Shown: positions 49,971 to 60,826 of the stretch, one piece after another
Layout: the number at the start of each line of letters is the position of its first letter
Position numbering within the stretch: the first letter of the stretch is position 1
Source of the DNA: an uncultured Chloroflexia bacterium
GTDB taxonomy: Bacteria > Chloroflexota > Anaerolineae > Promineifilales > UBA4811
DNA: 64,000 nucleotides
Direction: 5' to 3'
NCBI GenBank assembly: GCA_963707345.1
Contig: CAVPPE010000003.1
Span: forward strand, 440,426 to 504,425
Program-made: the position numbers and the translations under genes
Notes under the pieces: generated by a model
Told to the model about the DNA's origin: nothing
Databases searched by the model: none
Seen by the model: only the letters and a program-made list of their open reading frames with translations

Positions 49971-52240
49971 AGCGCTTGGGGCTGATCTTGCTGGCCAGCT
50001 GGCTGGTGTTGAGCAGTTGTGTGCGCACGCCTCCGCCGACCAGCGGCCCGCAGCCGACGGGGACATCACCCCTGGTGGCTACACCAGAGCCGGGGCTCAC
50101 GCTGGCCCCATCCGCCACGCCTACCCAGTATGCTCCAGGCGCGGACGGGGTTGCCACTGCCTATTTACGTGCGTGGAAGAACGGTGACTTTGCGGGAATG
50201 TACAGCCTCCTTTCGCGCACCAGCCAATCCGTGCTGGACCAGCATACGTTTGCCGAGCGATATCAGGATGCGCAGTCGGCCGCCACGGTGGTGCAGGTAG
50301 ATACCCGGCCGATCGCCATTTTGCAGGACGGTGAAAAGGCCGAGGTCTCGTTTCGCCTGACCTGGAAGACTGCGCTGTTGGGCGACATCGAGCGCGAGAT
50401 GACGATGCCGCTGGTATACGAGGGCGGCCGGTGGGCCGTCAGTTGGTCGGAGGCCTTGATTCTGCCCGAATTGGGTGGCGGCAACCGGCTGCAACTGGAG
50501 TATCATATCCCGGTGCGGGCCAACATTTACGACCGCAGCGAGGACAACGACGTTGGACTGGCGGTGGAGGGCACGGCCGTTACCCTGGGCGTGGTGCCCG
50601 CCAGTTTCCCGGAAGGTGAAGAAGAGACGCTGCTGGGCCTGTTGAGCCAGATCATGGGGCAGCCGGCCGAGGAGATTCAGGCGCGCTACATTGGCTCGGA
50701 GCCCACCTGGTATATCCCGCTGGGCGACGTTCCCCTGGATCGTGTTTCTCCACACCTGGATGCTTTGCGAACGTTCATTGATACCGGGGCGCTGCAACTG
50801 CGCGAGCGCAAAACTCGAATCTACCGCGATGGAGGGGTCGCGCCGCACGTGATTGGCTACACCAGCGTCGTCCCGGCCGAACAACTGGACGCCTGGCAAG
50901 CCCAAGGGTACCGTGGCGACGAGAGGGTAGGATTGGCGGGTCTGGAAGCGTGGGGCGAACCGTACCTGGGCGGCGCCCGTGGGGGCAGCCTGCATCTCGT
51001 CTCGCCGACTGGGGACTATTTGCGCACGATTGCGGAAGTACCGGCCCGTTCCAACCGCAGCATCTACACTACGCTGGACAAGGAATTCCAGATGGCGGTG
51101 GAACAAGCGCTGGCAGATGCCATCCAGAGCCACCCAGACGGTCACGCCGGGGCGGTGGTGGTGATGGACGTCAACAGCGGGCAAATTCTGGCTTTGGCCA
51201 GCTACCCGGATTTTGACCCCAATCTGTTTGATCCCATCAATCCCGACTCGGCCGGTGGCCTGCGGCTCGTGCTCAATCACCCCGGCCGGCCGCTGGTCAA
51301 CCGGGCAGCAATGGGCATCTACCCAGCCGCCTCTGTTTTCAAGATCGTCACCCTGTCGGCCGCGCTCATCTCTGGCGCCTATTTGCCGGACACGCGCTAC
51401 ACCTGCACCGGGACCTGGGATGGGCTTGGCCCCAACTATGTCAAAAAGGACTGGCTCGAGGGCGGGCACGGCAACATCACGTTGCGGCAGGCGCTGACCT
51501 ATTCCTGCGACCCCTACTTTTACCAGGTTGGCCTTACGCTCGATCAGGTCGATTCGTTCATCATTCCCGAGACTGCCCGAGCGTTTGGGTTGGGGGTGTT
51601 AACCGGGATTCAGGGCCTGGCGGAAGAGGACGGGATTATCCCGGATCCAGAGTGGAAGCTGGCGACTTTTGGGGAGGGGTGGGGCCGCGGCGACAGCGTC
51701 AACATGGCGATAGGGCAGGGATTTGTGGCTGTGACTCCGCTGCAAGTGGCCACTATGATGGTCGCCGTTGCCAATGGTGGCACGCTGTACCGGCCGCAAA
51801 TCGTCCAGCGCATTGGCGAAGGCGGCGGTGCGCCGGAGGAGGCAATTGGCTCCGAAGTGATCGGCCAGCTTCCCATCACGGCCGATCAAGTTGCTCTCAT
51901 CCAGGAGAGCCTGTTGGCGGTGACTACCCAGAAGGGGGGCACGGCCGAGCACCGTTTCCGCAATATGCCCATCCCCGTGGCTGGCAAAACCGGCACGGCC
52001 GAAGTGCCACCCATTCTCCGCGATGACGGCACCCTGAACGACGAGCCGACCGCCTGGTTTGCCGCTTACGCCCCGGCCGCAGCTACTCCGGAGCTGGAGA
52101 ATGTGCCGGATCTGCCAGAGATAGCCATTGTGGCGATAGTGGAGAACGCTGGCGAAGGGTCGGCCGTGGCCGCACCGATCGTTCGGCGCATCGTCGAGTT
52201 GTATTACGGCATTCAACCTCTTACCCCGTACCCGTGGTAG
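49967..52240 (+). CDS. Class B penicillin-binding protein (PBP2-like, NTF2/MecA_N N-terminus, likely lipoprotein)
   Basis: LSSC lipobox; SVFK, SCD and KTGT motifs. Confidence 0.88.
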   Translation: MKRLGLILLASWLVLSSCVRTPPPTSGPQPTGTSPLVATPEPGLTLAPSATPTQYAPGADGVATAYLRAWKNGDFAGMYSLLSRTSQSVLDQHTFAERYQDAQSAATVVQVDTRPIAILQDGEKAEVSFRLTWKTALLGDIEREMTMPLVYEGGRWAVSWSEALILPELGGGNRLQLEYHIPVRANIYDRSEDNDVGLAVEGTAVTLGVVPASFPEGEEETLLGLLSQIMGQPAEEIQARYIGSEPTWYIPLGDVPLDRVSPHLDALRTFIDTGALQLRERKTRIYRDGGVAPHVIGYTSVVPAEQLDAWQAQGYRGDERVGLAGLEAWGEPYLGGARGGSLHLVSPTGDYLRTIAEVPARSNRSIYTTLDKEFQMAVEQALADAIQSHPDGHAGAVVVMDVNSGQILALASYPDFDPNLFDPINPDSAGGLRLVLNHPGRPLVNRAAMGIYPAASVFKIVTLSAALISGAYLPDTRYTCTGTWDGLGPNYVKKDWLEGGHGNITLRQALTYSCDPYFYQVGLTLDQVDSFIIPETARAFGLGVLTGIQGLAEEDGIIPDPEWKLATFGEGWGRGDSVNMAIGQGFVAVTPLQVATMMVAVANGGTLYRPQIVQRIGEGGGAPEEAIGSEVIGQLPITADQVALIQESLLAVTTQKGGTAEHRFRNMPIPVAGKTGTAEVPPILRDDGTLNDEPTAWFAAYAPAAATPELENVPDLPEIAIVAIVENAGEGSAVAAPIVRRIVELYYGIQPLTPYPW

Positions 52241-52244
52241 TCAC

Positions 52245-53237
52245 TTGATGGTGGAACGCACAGGCCTGGTGGTCAAAGCGCAGAGCGGCTTTTTTACCGT
52301 GCAGACGGCCGCTGGCCCGGTGGTGTGTCGCATCCCCGGCCGGCTGAAAGAAGAACACCAGCGACAGGTTGAATTGGACCCCGACTTTGGCCGTAGCGAC
52401 ATCGTTGCTGTAGGGGATCGGGTGGAGATCACGGATTTTGGGGGTGGCAGCGGCGAGATTGAAGCGGTGCAAGAGCGCGAGCGGGCGCTCACCCGGCGGG
52501 CCCCATTGCCCGGCGGCCGGGGTGCTAACGCCACCGAACACGAGTACAAACAGATCATTATTGCCAACCCGGACCAGGCGGTCTTTGTCTTTTCGGTCAT
52601 GGACCCGGAGCCCAGCTTGCGAATGCTGGACCGCTTCTTGGTGATGGCGGAAGATGCCGGGATCCCGGCCGCCATCTGTGTGAACAAAATCGACCTGGCG
52701 CTGGAGGCCGCGCAGCCCGATTACCCATCGGAGCTCTTTGGCCTGTACGCTCAAATTGGCTATCCGGTAGTCTATGCCAGCGCCCGGGATCGGAAGGGCA
52801 TTGACCAGTTGCAAAACCTGCTTGCAGGCAAGATCTCTGTGCTGGCGGGCCCCTCTGGGGTGGGAAAATCCAGCCTGCTCAACGCGATACATCCCGGTTT
52901 GGGTTTGGCAATCCAGGAGGTCAGCCAGGCCACAGGCAAGGGGCGCCACACGACTCGGGTCCGCGAGTTGATCCCGTTGGAGGGGGGCGGCTACGTGGCG
53001 GACACCCCCGGCTTGCGCACGATGGCGCTGTGGGATATCGAGCCCGATGAACTGGACGCCTATTTCCGCGAGATTGCTCCGCTGGTGACCGATTGCGCCT
53101 TTAGTGATTGCAGCCATACCCACGAACCGGGCTGCGCCGTGCTGGAAGCCGTGGACGATGGGCGCATCCATCCGGACCGATACGAGAGCTATTTGCGGCT
53201 GCGGGACGAAGCGGCCGAGCGGCCATGGTGGTATTAG
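52245..53237 (+). CDS. rsgA: Ribosome small subunit-dependent GTPase A
   Basis: NKID, GPSGVGKSS, GRHTT, DTPG, CxFxDCxHxxEPGC. Confidence 0.96.
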   Translation: MMVERTGLVVKAQSGFFTVQTAAGPVVCRIPGRLKEEHQRQVELDPDFGRSDIVAVGDRVEITDFGGGSGEIEAVQERERALTRRAPLPGGRGANATEHEYKQIIIANPDQAVFVFSVMDPEPSLRMLDRFLVMAEDAGIPAAICVNKIDLALEAAQPDYPSELFGLYAQIGYPVVYASARDRKGIDQLQNLLAGKISVLAGPSGVGKSSLLNAIHPGLGLAIQEVSQATGKGRHTTRVRELIPLEGGGYVADTPGLRTMALWDIEPDELDAYFREIAPLVTDCAFSDCSHTHEPGCAVLEAVDDGRIHPDRYESYLRLRDEAAERPWWY

Positions 53238-53298
53238 AAAACTAGTTCGAAAAAAACCCGGTTTTCTTATTGCCTTCTTCTGTAAAGTCGACTAAAAT

Positions 53299-54251
53299 AT
53301 GTCAAGTATGAGCGGCTCGTTGCGTCACACGATTACCCGAATCATCTTGATTGGCCTGGCTGGGTTCCTGATACTCTCCAGCGATGGGCTGGCTCAGGAG
53401 GGCGTTGACTCCCTTTTCTTCCCCGAGACCGGGCATACCGTGCCCCGCGAGTTTGTGCCCTTTTTCCGTCAGTACGGTGGCCTGCAGGTTTTTGGTTACC
53501 CTATCACCGAGATCTTTTTCTACGAGCCAGACGGCCGGTACGTGCAGTACTATCAGAATTGCCGGCTGGAGATCGAGTTGCCGGGCCGCGTGTTTGTCAG
53601 CGCGCTCCCGCTTGATTTGCACCAGGAAAAGCGAGAGCCTCGCCTGGAACCCAACCAGGTTCCACTGGACGCAACATACTACCCTCTTACTGGTCACAGC
53701 GTTCGAATGTCGTTTTTGGACTTTTATCTGGCCCACGGCGGGCCGCAGGTCTTTGGCTACCCCATTACCGAATTGCTCACGGAACACGGCCGGCAGGTTC
53801 AATATTTCGAGCGAGTCAAATTTGAGTGGTGGCCCGAACTACCCAATGGTTTCAAGGTGCAATTGGCCAGGATGGGCGAGTACATGTTCCACGAGGCCAA
53901 TTTAGATGATGTCCTGCTGAACCCCATCGCGCGCGTGGAAACGACCGGGATTCATCTGGCTGCTTCAGTGCAGACGGCGGTGATGACGCGGGAGGGGGAG
54001 TCCAAAAGGTGTATGTGTTGGTCACCGATCAGCATAAGAATGCTGTGCCGGGTGCCAATGTGAGTGTTCGGCTGCTCTGGCCGCAGGGAGAGATTGCGGT
54101 AGACCCGATTGGCACAGACGGGGATGGAATCGCCGTGTTTGAGCCCAATGTGTATTCGCTCCCGGCCGGGACCACCATCTCGGTCAAGGTGAGCGCCACC
54201 TACCAAAACCACCAGCGGGACACGGCGACCGCTTTCCTGATCTGGTGGTGA
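53299..54251 (+). pseudogene. Secreted protein with FPETGH repeats and Ig-like C-terminus, split by a frameshift at G-run 53994-53998
   Basis: Two F/YPxTGH...FGYPITE repeats; one added G joins ORFs 53299..54063 and 54009..54251. Confidence 0.65.
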
Positions 54252-54443
54252 TTATTCCCAGCCGATAATCCAAATGCACGCCCCGGCAACCAGCACGGTC
54301 GCGATGACCAGTGCGGCCCACTGATGGGGCAGCAGGCCCACGTCGCGAGCCTCCCAGACAAGGATAGCCACCATGCCCAGGGCCAGCACGGCCCAGGCGG
54401 ACAGTTGGGGGTGGTTCTTGACCCAGTTGGTAATTCTTGACAT
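54252..54443 (-). CDS. Small two-TM membrane protein
   Basis: 63 aa, two hydrophobic helices, GGGAG RBS. Confidence 0.7.
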   Translation of the reverse strand: MSRITNWVKNHPQLSAWAVLALGMVAILVWEARDVGLLPHQWAALVIATVLVAGACIWIIGWE

Positions 54444-54473
54444 CGAATTCTCCCAATGCTCCGCAAACGGCCG

Positions 54474-54968
54474 CTAGACGGGTCGCATCACCCGTTTTTC
54501 ACGCAACTTGCGGGTCATCACAAAGGTGTCGGCCGGCATGGATTGCTCGGCCGCTCGCCGCCAGGCGGGAATCAGGTCGCCGAGTGCGGCCTCGGCAAAG
54601 TCACACGCCTGGTACAGGCTGAGGAGCTTGTCCGGTGCGCCGAGTGGCGGGAAGAGCAACGCAACCTCGCACATCAGATCGTGGGCTGACTGGCAGACCG
54701 CTTCCAGCAGCAGCAGGGCCACATCCCGGCCGGTAGGGAGTATCGTCACCTGCCGGATGCGGGCAATAAAATCTTCCGCGTGCCAGCCGATCAGGGCCTG
54801 AATTTGTCCGTCCACTTCCGCTACCATGTAACCGTGCTCGCCAAAGCTTTGCAGCACCTGGACACGGTCCACAGGGAGGTGATCTGGTTGCGACTGGTTG
54901 ATAAAGGCCACCAGCGCATCCACGTCACGTGGTCCCGCTCGCCGAATCACCGTTTCGTAGCTCATCAC
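54474..54968 (-). CDS. GNAT-like fold hypothetical protein
   Basis: IRRAGPRDV...MVAEVDGQI pattern; overlaps coaE stop. Confidence 0.65.
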   Translation of the reverse strand: MMSYETVIRRAGPRDVDALVAFINQSQPDHLPVDRVQVLQSFGEHGYMVAEVDGQIQALIGWHAEDFIARIRQVTILPTGRDVALLLLEAVCQSAHDLMCEVALLFPPLGAPDKLLSLYQACDFAEAALGDLIPAWRRAAEQSMPADTFVMTRKLREKRVMRPV

Positions 54969-55573
54969 TCCGCTCTGATCGATGGCAGGTTGCGCCAGGC
55001 TTGCTCCACCTGCTCTTCCGTTGACTCGATATTTCCGGAGGTGTCGATTATCACGTCCGCCTGTGCCAGCTTGGCCGCCTGCGGCGGCTGGCTGCGAATG
55101 CGAGTCCAGGCCTGCTCCGGTGTCATCTGCCGGCCGGCCACCAGCCGCGCCAACTGTTGCTCCTCCGGGCAGTCCGTTACCCAGATACTCTGGCAGCGGT
55201 GCCGCAGATCGCCTTCCAATAGTTTGATGGCCTCAATGACCACCACGGCCGCGCCAGCACCGGCTATCAGTGTGCTTACCTGCTGACCAACCCGTGGGTG
55301 GACAATCGATTCCAGGTCGCGCATCCCGGCCGGGTTTCCAAACACCCTGGCGCCCAACTCGGCCCGGTTGATGGTCCCGTCGGCGTTCCGCACCCCGGGA
55401 CCAAAGCGGGCGATGATTTCCTGCTGGACGGCCGGGTCGCTTGCCAGAATCTGATGTGCCAACTGGTCCGCGTCAATCACCCGTGCGCCACGCTGGGCCA
55501 GCATAGCCAGCACAATAGATTTGCCGGTGGCAATGTTGCCTGTGAGGCCGATGACGATAGGATTATCCCTCAT
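54965..55573 (-). CDS. coaE: Dephospho-CoA kinase
   Basis: IGLTGNIATGKS, IDADQLAH, LESIVHP. Confidence 0.95.
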   Translation of the reverse strand: MRDNPIVIGLTGNIATGKSIVLAMLAQRGARVIDADQLAHQILASDPAVQQEIIARFGPGVRNADGTINRAELGARVFGNPAGMRDLESIVHPRVGQQVSTLIAGAGAAVVVIEAIKLLEGDLRHRCQSIWVTDCPEEQQLARLVAGRQMTPEQAWTRIRSQPPQAAKLAQADVIIDTSGNIESTEEQVEQAWRNLPSIRAE

Positions 55574-57488
55574 GGATGCCAGCAAGCTGCGCCCATTCTG
55601 CCAGGCGGCGCTCCAAGTCTGCTTCCACTGTGCTGTATTCTAGCCCCAACTGGCGAACTTTGTCAAACTGCTGTGCCGAGCCGGCCGCTTCCAGTTGCTG
55701 TGCCAGTAGGTTCAAGTGGGTTTCCAGTTGGTGGATAGCGTTCTCCAATGCAGCGGCCTGCTGGGAAGCGAGTCGCAGCGCACGGTCTTGCTCGGAGCGT
55801 TGACGCGTGGGGCGTACGGCCTTTCGCTCTGCCTGCGCCTGAGCGGCCTCCATGACCGCTTCATGCGCTCGCGCCGCCAGGTACTCGTCGTAACCGCCCT
55901 CGTACACCCGTAGCCGGCCGCGGTCCAGCAGCCAAATCTGGCTGGCCAGCCGGCTCACCAAGTAACGGTCGTGGCTCACCAGCAGGATAGTTCCATCAAA
56001 CTCGTCCAGCACGCTTTCCAGTACCTCCTGGGCGGGGATATCCAGGTGGTTGGTGGGCTCGTCCAGCAGCAACAGGTTGGCTTGCTGGCGCATCAGCAGG
56101 GCCAGTGCCAATCGGCCGCGCTCGCCGCCGCTCAACGCGCTCACCGGCTTGTAGATGTCGTCACCGGTAAAGAGAAAGCGGGCCAGGTAGTTCCGTGCCT
56201 CGCTGGTCAGCATAAAGTGGTGAACCAGCAGCTCTTCCAACACCGTCCGTCCGGTGTCCATGTCCAGTTCGTCGTGTGCCTGAGCAAAGTAGCCCAGGTC
56301 CAAGCTGGCTCCGTGTCGCAACCGGCCGCTCAGCGGTGGCAGGTCGCCCAGAATGGTTTTGAGAAAGGTGGTCTTGCCGGCACCGTTGGGGCCGATCAGC
56401 GCGGCACATTCGGTCCGGCGAAAGTCGATGTCATCGGCCGCAAACAGCGGCGCGGCCGGTGTGTAACCGATCACCAAATCTTTGGTCTGCAAGATAATGT
56501 CGCCACTGCGACGCTTGGACTGGAAACGGAGCTTGAGCCGCCGGCCGGTCTGCGGCCGGGCCACCAGGTTGTCCCGTTTGAGTCTCTCCAATCGTTTCCG
56601 CCGGCCCTGCGCCTCCTTGGTTCGCTGGCCCGAGATGTGGCGCCGGATAAAGTCCTCTTCGCGGGCGATAATGGCTTGTTGGGTTTCAAATTCAGCAAGG
56701 CGGCGATCCATCCGTTCCTGTCGCTGGTTCACGTAAGCGCTATAGTTCCCGCGGTAGGTCTCGACCTCTCCCCAGTCCAGTTCCCACACCCGGTTCACCA
56801 CCTGGTCCAGGAAGTAACGGTCGTGGCTGACAAGCAGAAGCGCTCCAGGCCAGTTGGCCAGGTGGTTCTCCAGCCATTCGATGGCTTGAATGTCCAGGTG
56901 ATTGGTCGGCTCGTCCAGCACCAGCAGGTCGGGCGCGCGCAGGATCAATTTCGCCAGCAGGGTGCGGGTCTTTTGCCCTCCACTGAGGTGGGCGATGGGC
57001 ATCCAAAAGTCGGTTTCCGCAAAGCCAAGGCCGGACAGCACCTGGCGGATGCGCAATTCGAATTCGTACCCGCCCTCCAACTCAAAGCGCTCCAGTGCTG
57101 TTCCGTACCGTTCAATCAACTCTTCGGCCGGCCCATTGACGTTATCTGGCGCGCTCATTTGCCGCTCCATCTCCCGCAGGGTCCGCTCCTGCTTCTGCAG
57201 CCCGGCAAAAACGGTCAGCATCTCGGTCCAAACCGGCCGTCCTTCGTCCTCAAAGGCGTGTTCGGCCTCCTGGGGGAGATAGCCAATGGTGATGTTGCGC
57301 GCCAAGTGGACCACCCCGGCCGAAGGGGGCTCCAGCCCGATCAGAATGCGAATAAAGGTTGTCTTGCCGGCGCCATTGGGCCCCACCAGCGCAATCCTCG
57401 CCCGGTGCGGTAGAGAGACCGAGATGTTCCAAAAGATATCGTCGGCGCCAAACGATTTAGCCACCTTGCTTGCGGTCAGAATAGCCAT
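55563..57488 (-). CDS. ABC-F family ATP-binding protein
   Basis: Two ABC domains (GPNGAGKTT; LDEPTNHLD twice), no TM, C-terminal coiled coil. Confidence 0.93.
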   Translation of the reverse strand: MAILTASKVAKSFGADDIFWNISVSLPHRARIALVGPNGAGKTTFIRILIGLEPPSAGVVHLARNITIGYLPQEAEHAFEDEGRPVWTEMLTVFAGLQKQERTLREMERQMSAPDNVNGPAEELIERYGTALERFELEGGYEFELRIRQVLSGLGFAETDFWMPIAHLSGGQKTRTLLAKLILRAPDLLVLDEPTNHLDIQAIEWLENHLANWPGALLLVSHDRYFLDQVVNRVWELDWGEVETYRGNYSAYVNQRQERMDRRLAEFETQQAIIAREEDFIRRHISGQRTKEAQGRRKRLERLKRDNLVARPQTGRRLKLRFQSKRRSGDIILQTKDLVIGYTPAAPLFAADDIDFRRTECAALIGPNGAGKTTFLKTILGDLPPLSGRLRHGASLDLGYFAQAHDELDMDTGRTVLEELLVHHFMLTSEARNYLARFLFTGDDIYKPVSALSGGERGRLALALLMRQQANLLLLDEPTNHLDIPAQEVLESVLDEFDGTILLVSHDRYLVSRLASQIWLLDRGRLRVYEGGYDEYLAARAHEAVMEAAQAQAERKAVRPTRQRSEQDRALRLASQQAAALENAIHQLETHLNLLAQQLEAAGSAQQFDKVRQLGLEYSTVEADLERRLAEWAQLAGIHEG

Positions 57489-57622
57489 CACATGCCTGCT
57501 CTTTGCCAAGTGGACGGAATTATACCACAGGCGCTCAGTCTAGTTCTCCCCCCAAAAACATTACTGCCTGAGCGGTTACAGGGCAGTTACCATTTTTTCT
57601 GATTTGGACTATAATCTGCCCC

Positions 57623-58033
57623 ATGAAAAAACAGCGTGATTTTGGCCCCTGGCCTGCCTTGATTGCGGGTGCAGGTCTTGGCGTGGGCGGCTGGGCTTTA
57701 TTGATCGATCTCCTCGGCCGGTGGCCCGTCTCGCCGGAACGGGACTGGCGATTCCTCTTTCTGTCTTCCCTCTGGCTGGGTGTGACCGGCACTGCGTTGC
57801 CGCTGGTCTGGCTGTTGCAGCGCCGCTTTGGCCGGCCGGACGCCGCGACCGGCTGGCACCCCTATTGGGTGCAGGCCCGACGGGCGGCCTGGGTGGGGTC
57901 CTGGGTGGCGCTTTGTGCGCTGCTGCAAATGCATCGCCTGCTTAATTGGGCGATGGCGTTGTTGTTGCAGGTGGTGCTGGTTTTGCTGGAGGCGCTGTTG
58001 AGCAAGCGGCGGGAAGCGGAGCAGGAGGTATGA
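57623..58033 (+). CDS. Four-TM hypothetical membrane protein
   Basis: Hydrophobic ORF overlapping the selA start (ATGA). Confidence 0.7.
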   Translation: MKKQRDFGPWPALIAGAGLGVGGWALLIDLLGRWPVSPERDWRFLFLSSLWLGVTGTALPLVWLLQRRFGRPDAATGWHPYWVQARRAAWVGSWVALCALLQMHRLLNWAMALLLQVVLVLLEALLSKRREAEQEV

Positions 58034-59407
58034 ACACGGAGCTGTTTCGCCAGTTACCCAGCGTGGAGCAACTGCTGCAAACTCCGGCCGTTGCTGGATT
58101 GGCCGCTACTTACGGCCGCCCGGCCGTGCTGGAGGCGTTGCGCGCCACGCTGGACGGTGCGCGGGAGGCGATCCGCGCCGGCCGGGGATTATCCATCGCC
58201 GACGGGGAGTTGCTGGCGCAGGCAGAAGACTTGCTGGTGAAACTGATGGCCCCCACGTTACGCCCGGTGATCAATGCCACCGGAGTAATTGTTCACACCA
58301 ACCTCGGCCGATCGCCGCTCAGCACGGCCGCCCGCCGGGCGGTTGCCGCCGCAGCCGCACAGTACAATACGCTGGAATACGATCTGGCTGAAGGGGCGCG
58401 GGGCTCCCGCTCGATCCACGCCCAGAATCTACTGACGCGGCTGGTGGGAGCGGATGATGCCACGGTGGTCAACAACAATGCTGCGGCCGTGCTGCTCACC
58501 CTCACCGCATTGGCGCAGGGCAGGGAGGTGATTATCTCCCGCGGCCAACTGGTGGAGATTGGCGGCAGCTTTCGCATCCCGGAGGTGATGGCCCAATCCG
58601 GAGCCAGGCTGGTGGAGGTGGGGGCTACCAATCGCACCCACCTGCGCGATTACCGCGACGCCATCACCGAGAACACGGCCGCCATCATGGTGGCGCATCG
58701 TTCCAATTTTATGATTGTGGGCTTTACGGCCGAGCCCGAACTGGCCGAACTGGGTGCGCTGGCAAACGAGCATGGTCTGTTGCTGTTGCACGATCTGGGC
58801 AGCGGCACGCTGTTGGACACCGCGCCCTATGGGCTGGCGCACGAGCCGACGGTGCAGGAGAGTTCTGGCGGCCGGGGTGGACGTGGCCTGCTTTAGCGGG
58901 GACAAGCTACTGGGCGGCCCGCAGGCCGGGTTGATCGTCGGCCGGGAGGAGCTGCTGGCGCGGATCAAAAAGCACCCGCTGGCCCGCGCGGTCCGGCCGG
59001 ACAAGCTGTGTTACGCCGGTCTGACGGCTACCCTGTTGCATTATCTCAAAGATGAAGCCGTTCGCGAGATTCCCATCTGGCGGATGATGGCGATGCCGGC
59101 CGATCAGTTGAAACGGACCGCGCGGCGCTGGGCTGGCCGGTTGCGACGAGCCGGCTTGGCGGCGGCAGCGGTCCCTGGCGAGTCGACGGTGGGCGGGGGG
59201 AGTTTGCCAGGTCAGACTTTGCCGACCTGGCTGGTGGCGCTGGAGCATCCCAGCCCGGCCGGGCTGGCGGCCCTGTTACGGGCGGCCGACCGGCCGGTGA
59301 TCGGCCGGATTGAAAGCGACCGGTTCCTGCTGGACCCCCGCACCGTGCTGGCGGAACAGGAAAACGACCTATTGGAAACTGTCGTGTCGATGGCGCTGGC
59401 CGCCTAG
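58030..59407 (+). pseudogene. selA: L-seryl-tRNA(Sec) selenium transferase with a +1 frameshift at 58863-58864 (real or sequencing error)
   Basis: VINATGVIVHTNLGR, VNNNAAA, SRGQLVEIGGSFR, then FSGDKLLGGPQAG in another frame. Confidence 0.92.
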
Positions 59408-59443
59408 ACGTGCGTACTTTTGATCACGACTGTGTTTTGTGGA

Positions 59444-59546
59444 GTAACTGCTCAGGCAGTGTGACGACTCTTGGGGGGTGTGCGGGCGCGGAGTGTCCGC
59501 ACACCCCCCATCTTGCCCCACCCACGTCTTTGGGCTGAGCAGTTGA
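59444..59546 (+). repeat. ~100-bp dispersed TIR/hairpin repeat, copy E
   Basis: Ends GTAACTGCTCAG...CTGAGCAGTTGA; hairpin with GGA loop. Confidence 0.88.
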
Positions 59547-59564
59547 TTTGTGGATAGGAAAATC

Positions 59565-60797
59565 ATGAAATCTGATCTGGACCGCCTGATGGCGGAGCGA
59601 GAAATGGACGCGGCCGTGGTGTCCGGCCGGGTGTATGGCAACCCGCTGATGTACTATATGACCAACGGAGCCAAGCTGACTTATGGGATCGTGGTCAAAC
59701 CGGCCGGCCGGCCGGCGGTCTTGTGCTACTACCCTATGGAGCGGGACGAAGCGGCCAAGGCGGGGATGGAGACGGTCAATCTGGGCGAGTTTGACCCCCG
59801 CGCGTTGATGGAAGAGGCGGGTTCGGCGCTGGGCGGCGCGACTGTGCTGTACCAAAAGCTACTGGAGCGGCTGGGGGTCAGCGGCCGGGTCGCCTTTTAC
59901 GGCGAGGTGGACCAGGGCCGCTCCTTTGCCTTGCTGAATGCGCTGCAAGCGCAGATCCCCGGTCTCGCGGTGATGGGCGAGTATGACAGCACGATTTTTG
60001 ATTACGCCCAGCTCACCAAGGATCCGGCCGAGATCCAGCGGATGAAAGAGATCGGGCGCAGGACCGCTACTGCTATGCAGACGGCGATAGACTTTATCCA
60101 GCGACACAGGGCCAACAACGGTCTGATGGTCCGGCCGGATGGCTCGCCGCTGACCGTGGGGGACGTCAAGCGGGAGGTGACGCGCAAGCTGTTCGAGTTG
60201 GGGCTGGAGGACCCGGAGGGGATGATCTTTGCCATCGGCCGGGATGCAGGCGTGCCGCACAGCGCCGGGGAGCCAGATGAACCACTGCGCCTGGGTGAGA
60301 GCATCGTCTTTGACCTCTTTCCCCGCGAGGCCGGCGGCGGCTATTTTCACGACATGACCCGCACCTTCTGCCTGGGCTATGCCCGGCCGGAGGTGCAAGA
60401 GCTGTTTAGCCAGGTTCAGTTGTGCTATGACCAGGTGGTAGCCGCGCTAAAGGTAAACGAGTTCGGCCGGGTGTATCAGGATTTGACCTGCGATATCTTT
60501 GAAGAGATGGGGCACGATTCGCCGCGCACCAATTCGCAGGCGGAAAGCGGATACGTGCACAGCCTGGGGCATGGCGTGGGGCTGGAATTGCACAGCCGGC
60601 CGCGCCTGGCAAGCAGCGAGTTGAACACCGACCGGCTGGAACCAGGCTCGGTGTTTAGCATCGAACCGGGCTTGTACTACCCGGACAAGGGGTATGGCGT
60701 GCGGCTGGAGGATCTGTGGACCGTGGATGCGGACGGTAAGTTCCACTGTCTGACCGATTTCCCCAAGACGCTGGTGATTGCGGTGGAGCAGGGCTAG
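59565..60797 (+). CDS. M24 family (Xaa-Pro) peptidase
   Basis: PH, FDLFP, DMTRT, HSLGHGVGLELH, IEPGLY, GVRLED. Confidence 0.92.
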   Translation: MKSDLDRLMAEREMDAAVVSGRVYGNPLMYYMTNGAKLTYGIVVKPAGRPAVLCYYPMERDEAAKAGMETVNLGEFDPRALMEEAGSALGGATVLYQKLLERLGVSGRVAFYGEVDQGRSFALLNALQAQIPGLAVMGEYDSTIFDYAQLTKDPAEIQRMKEIGRRTATAMQTAIDFIQRHRANNGLMVRPDGSPLTVGDVKREVTRKLFELGLEDPEGMIFAIGRDAGVPHSAGEPDEPLRLGESIVFDLFPREAGGGYFHDMTRTFCLGYARPEVQELFSQVQLCYDQVVAALKVNEFGRVYQDLTCDIFEEMGHDSPRTNSQAESGYVHSLGHGVGLELHSRPRLASSELNTDRLEPGSVFSIEPGLYYPDKGYGVRLEDLWTVDADGKFHCLTDFPKTLVIAVEQG

Positions 60798-60826
60798 CCG
60801 CCGGCCGCGGCCGGAGAGGGCGTGAG

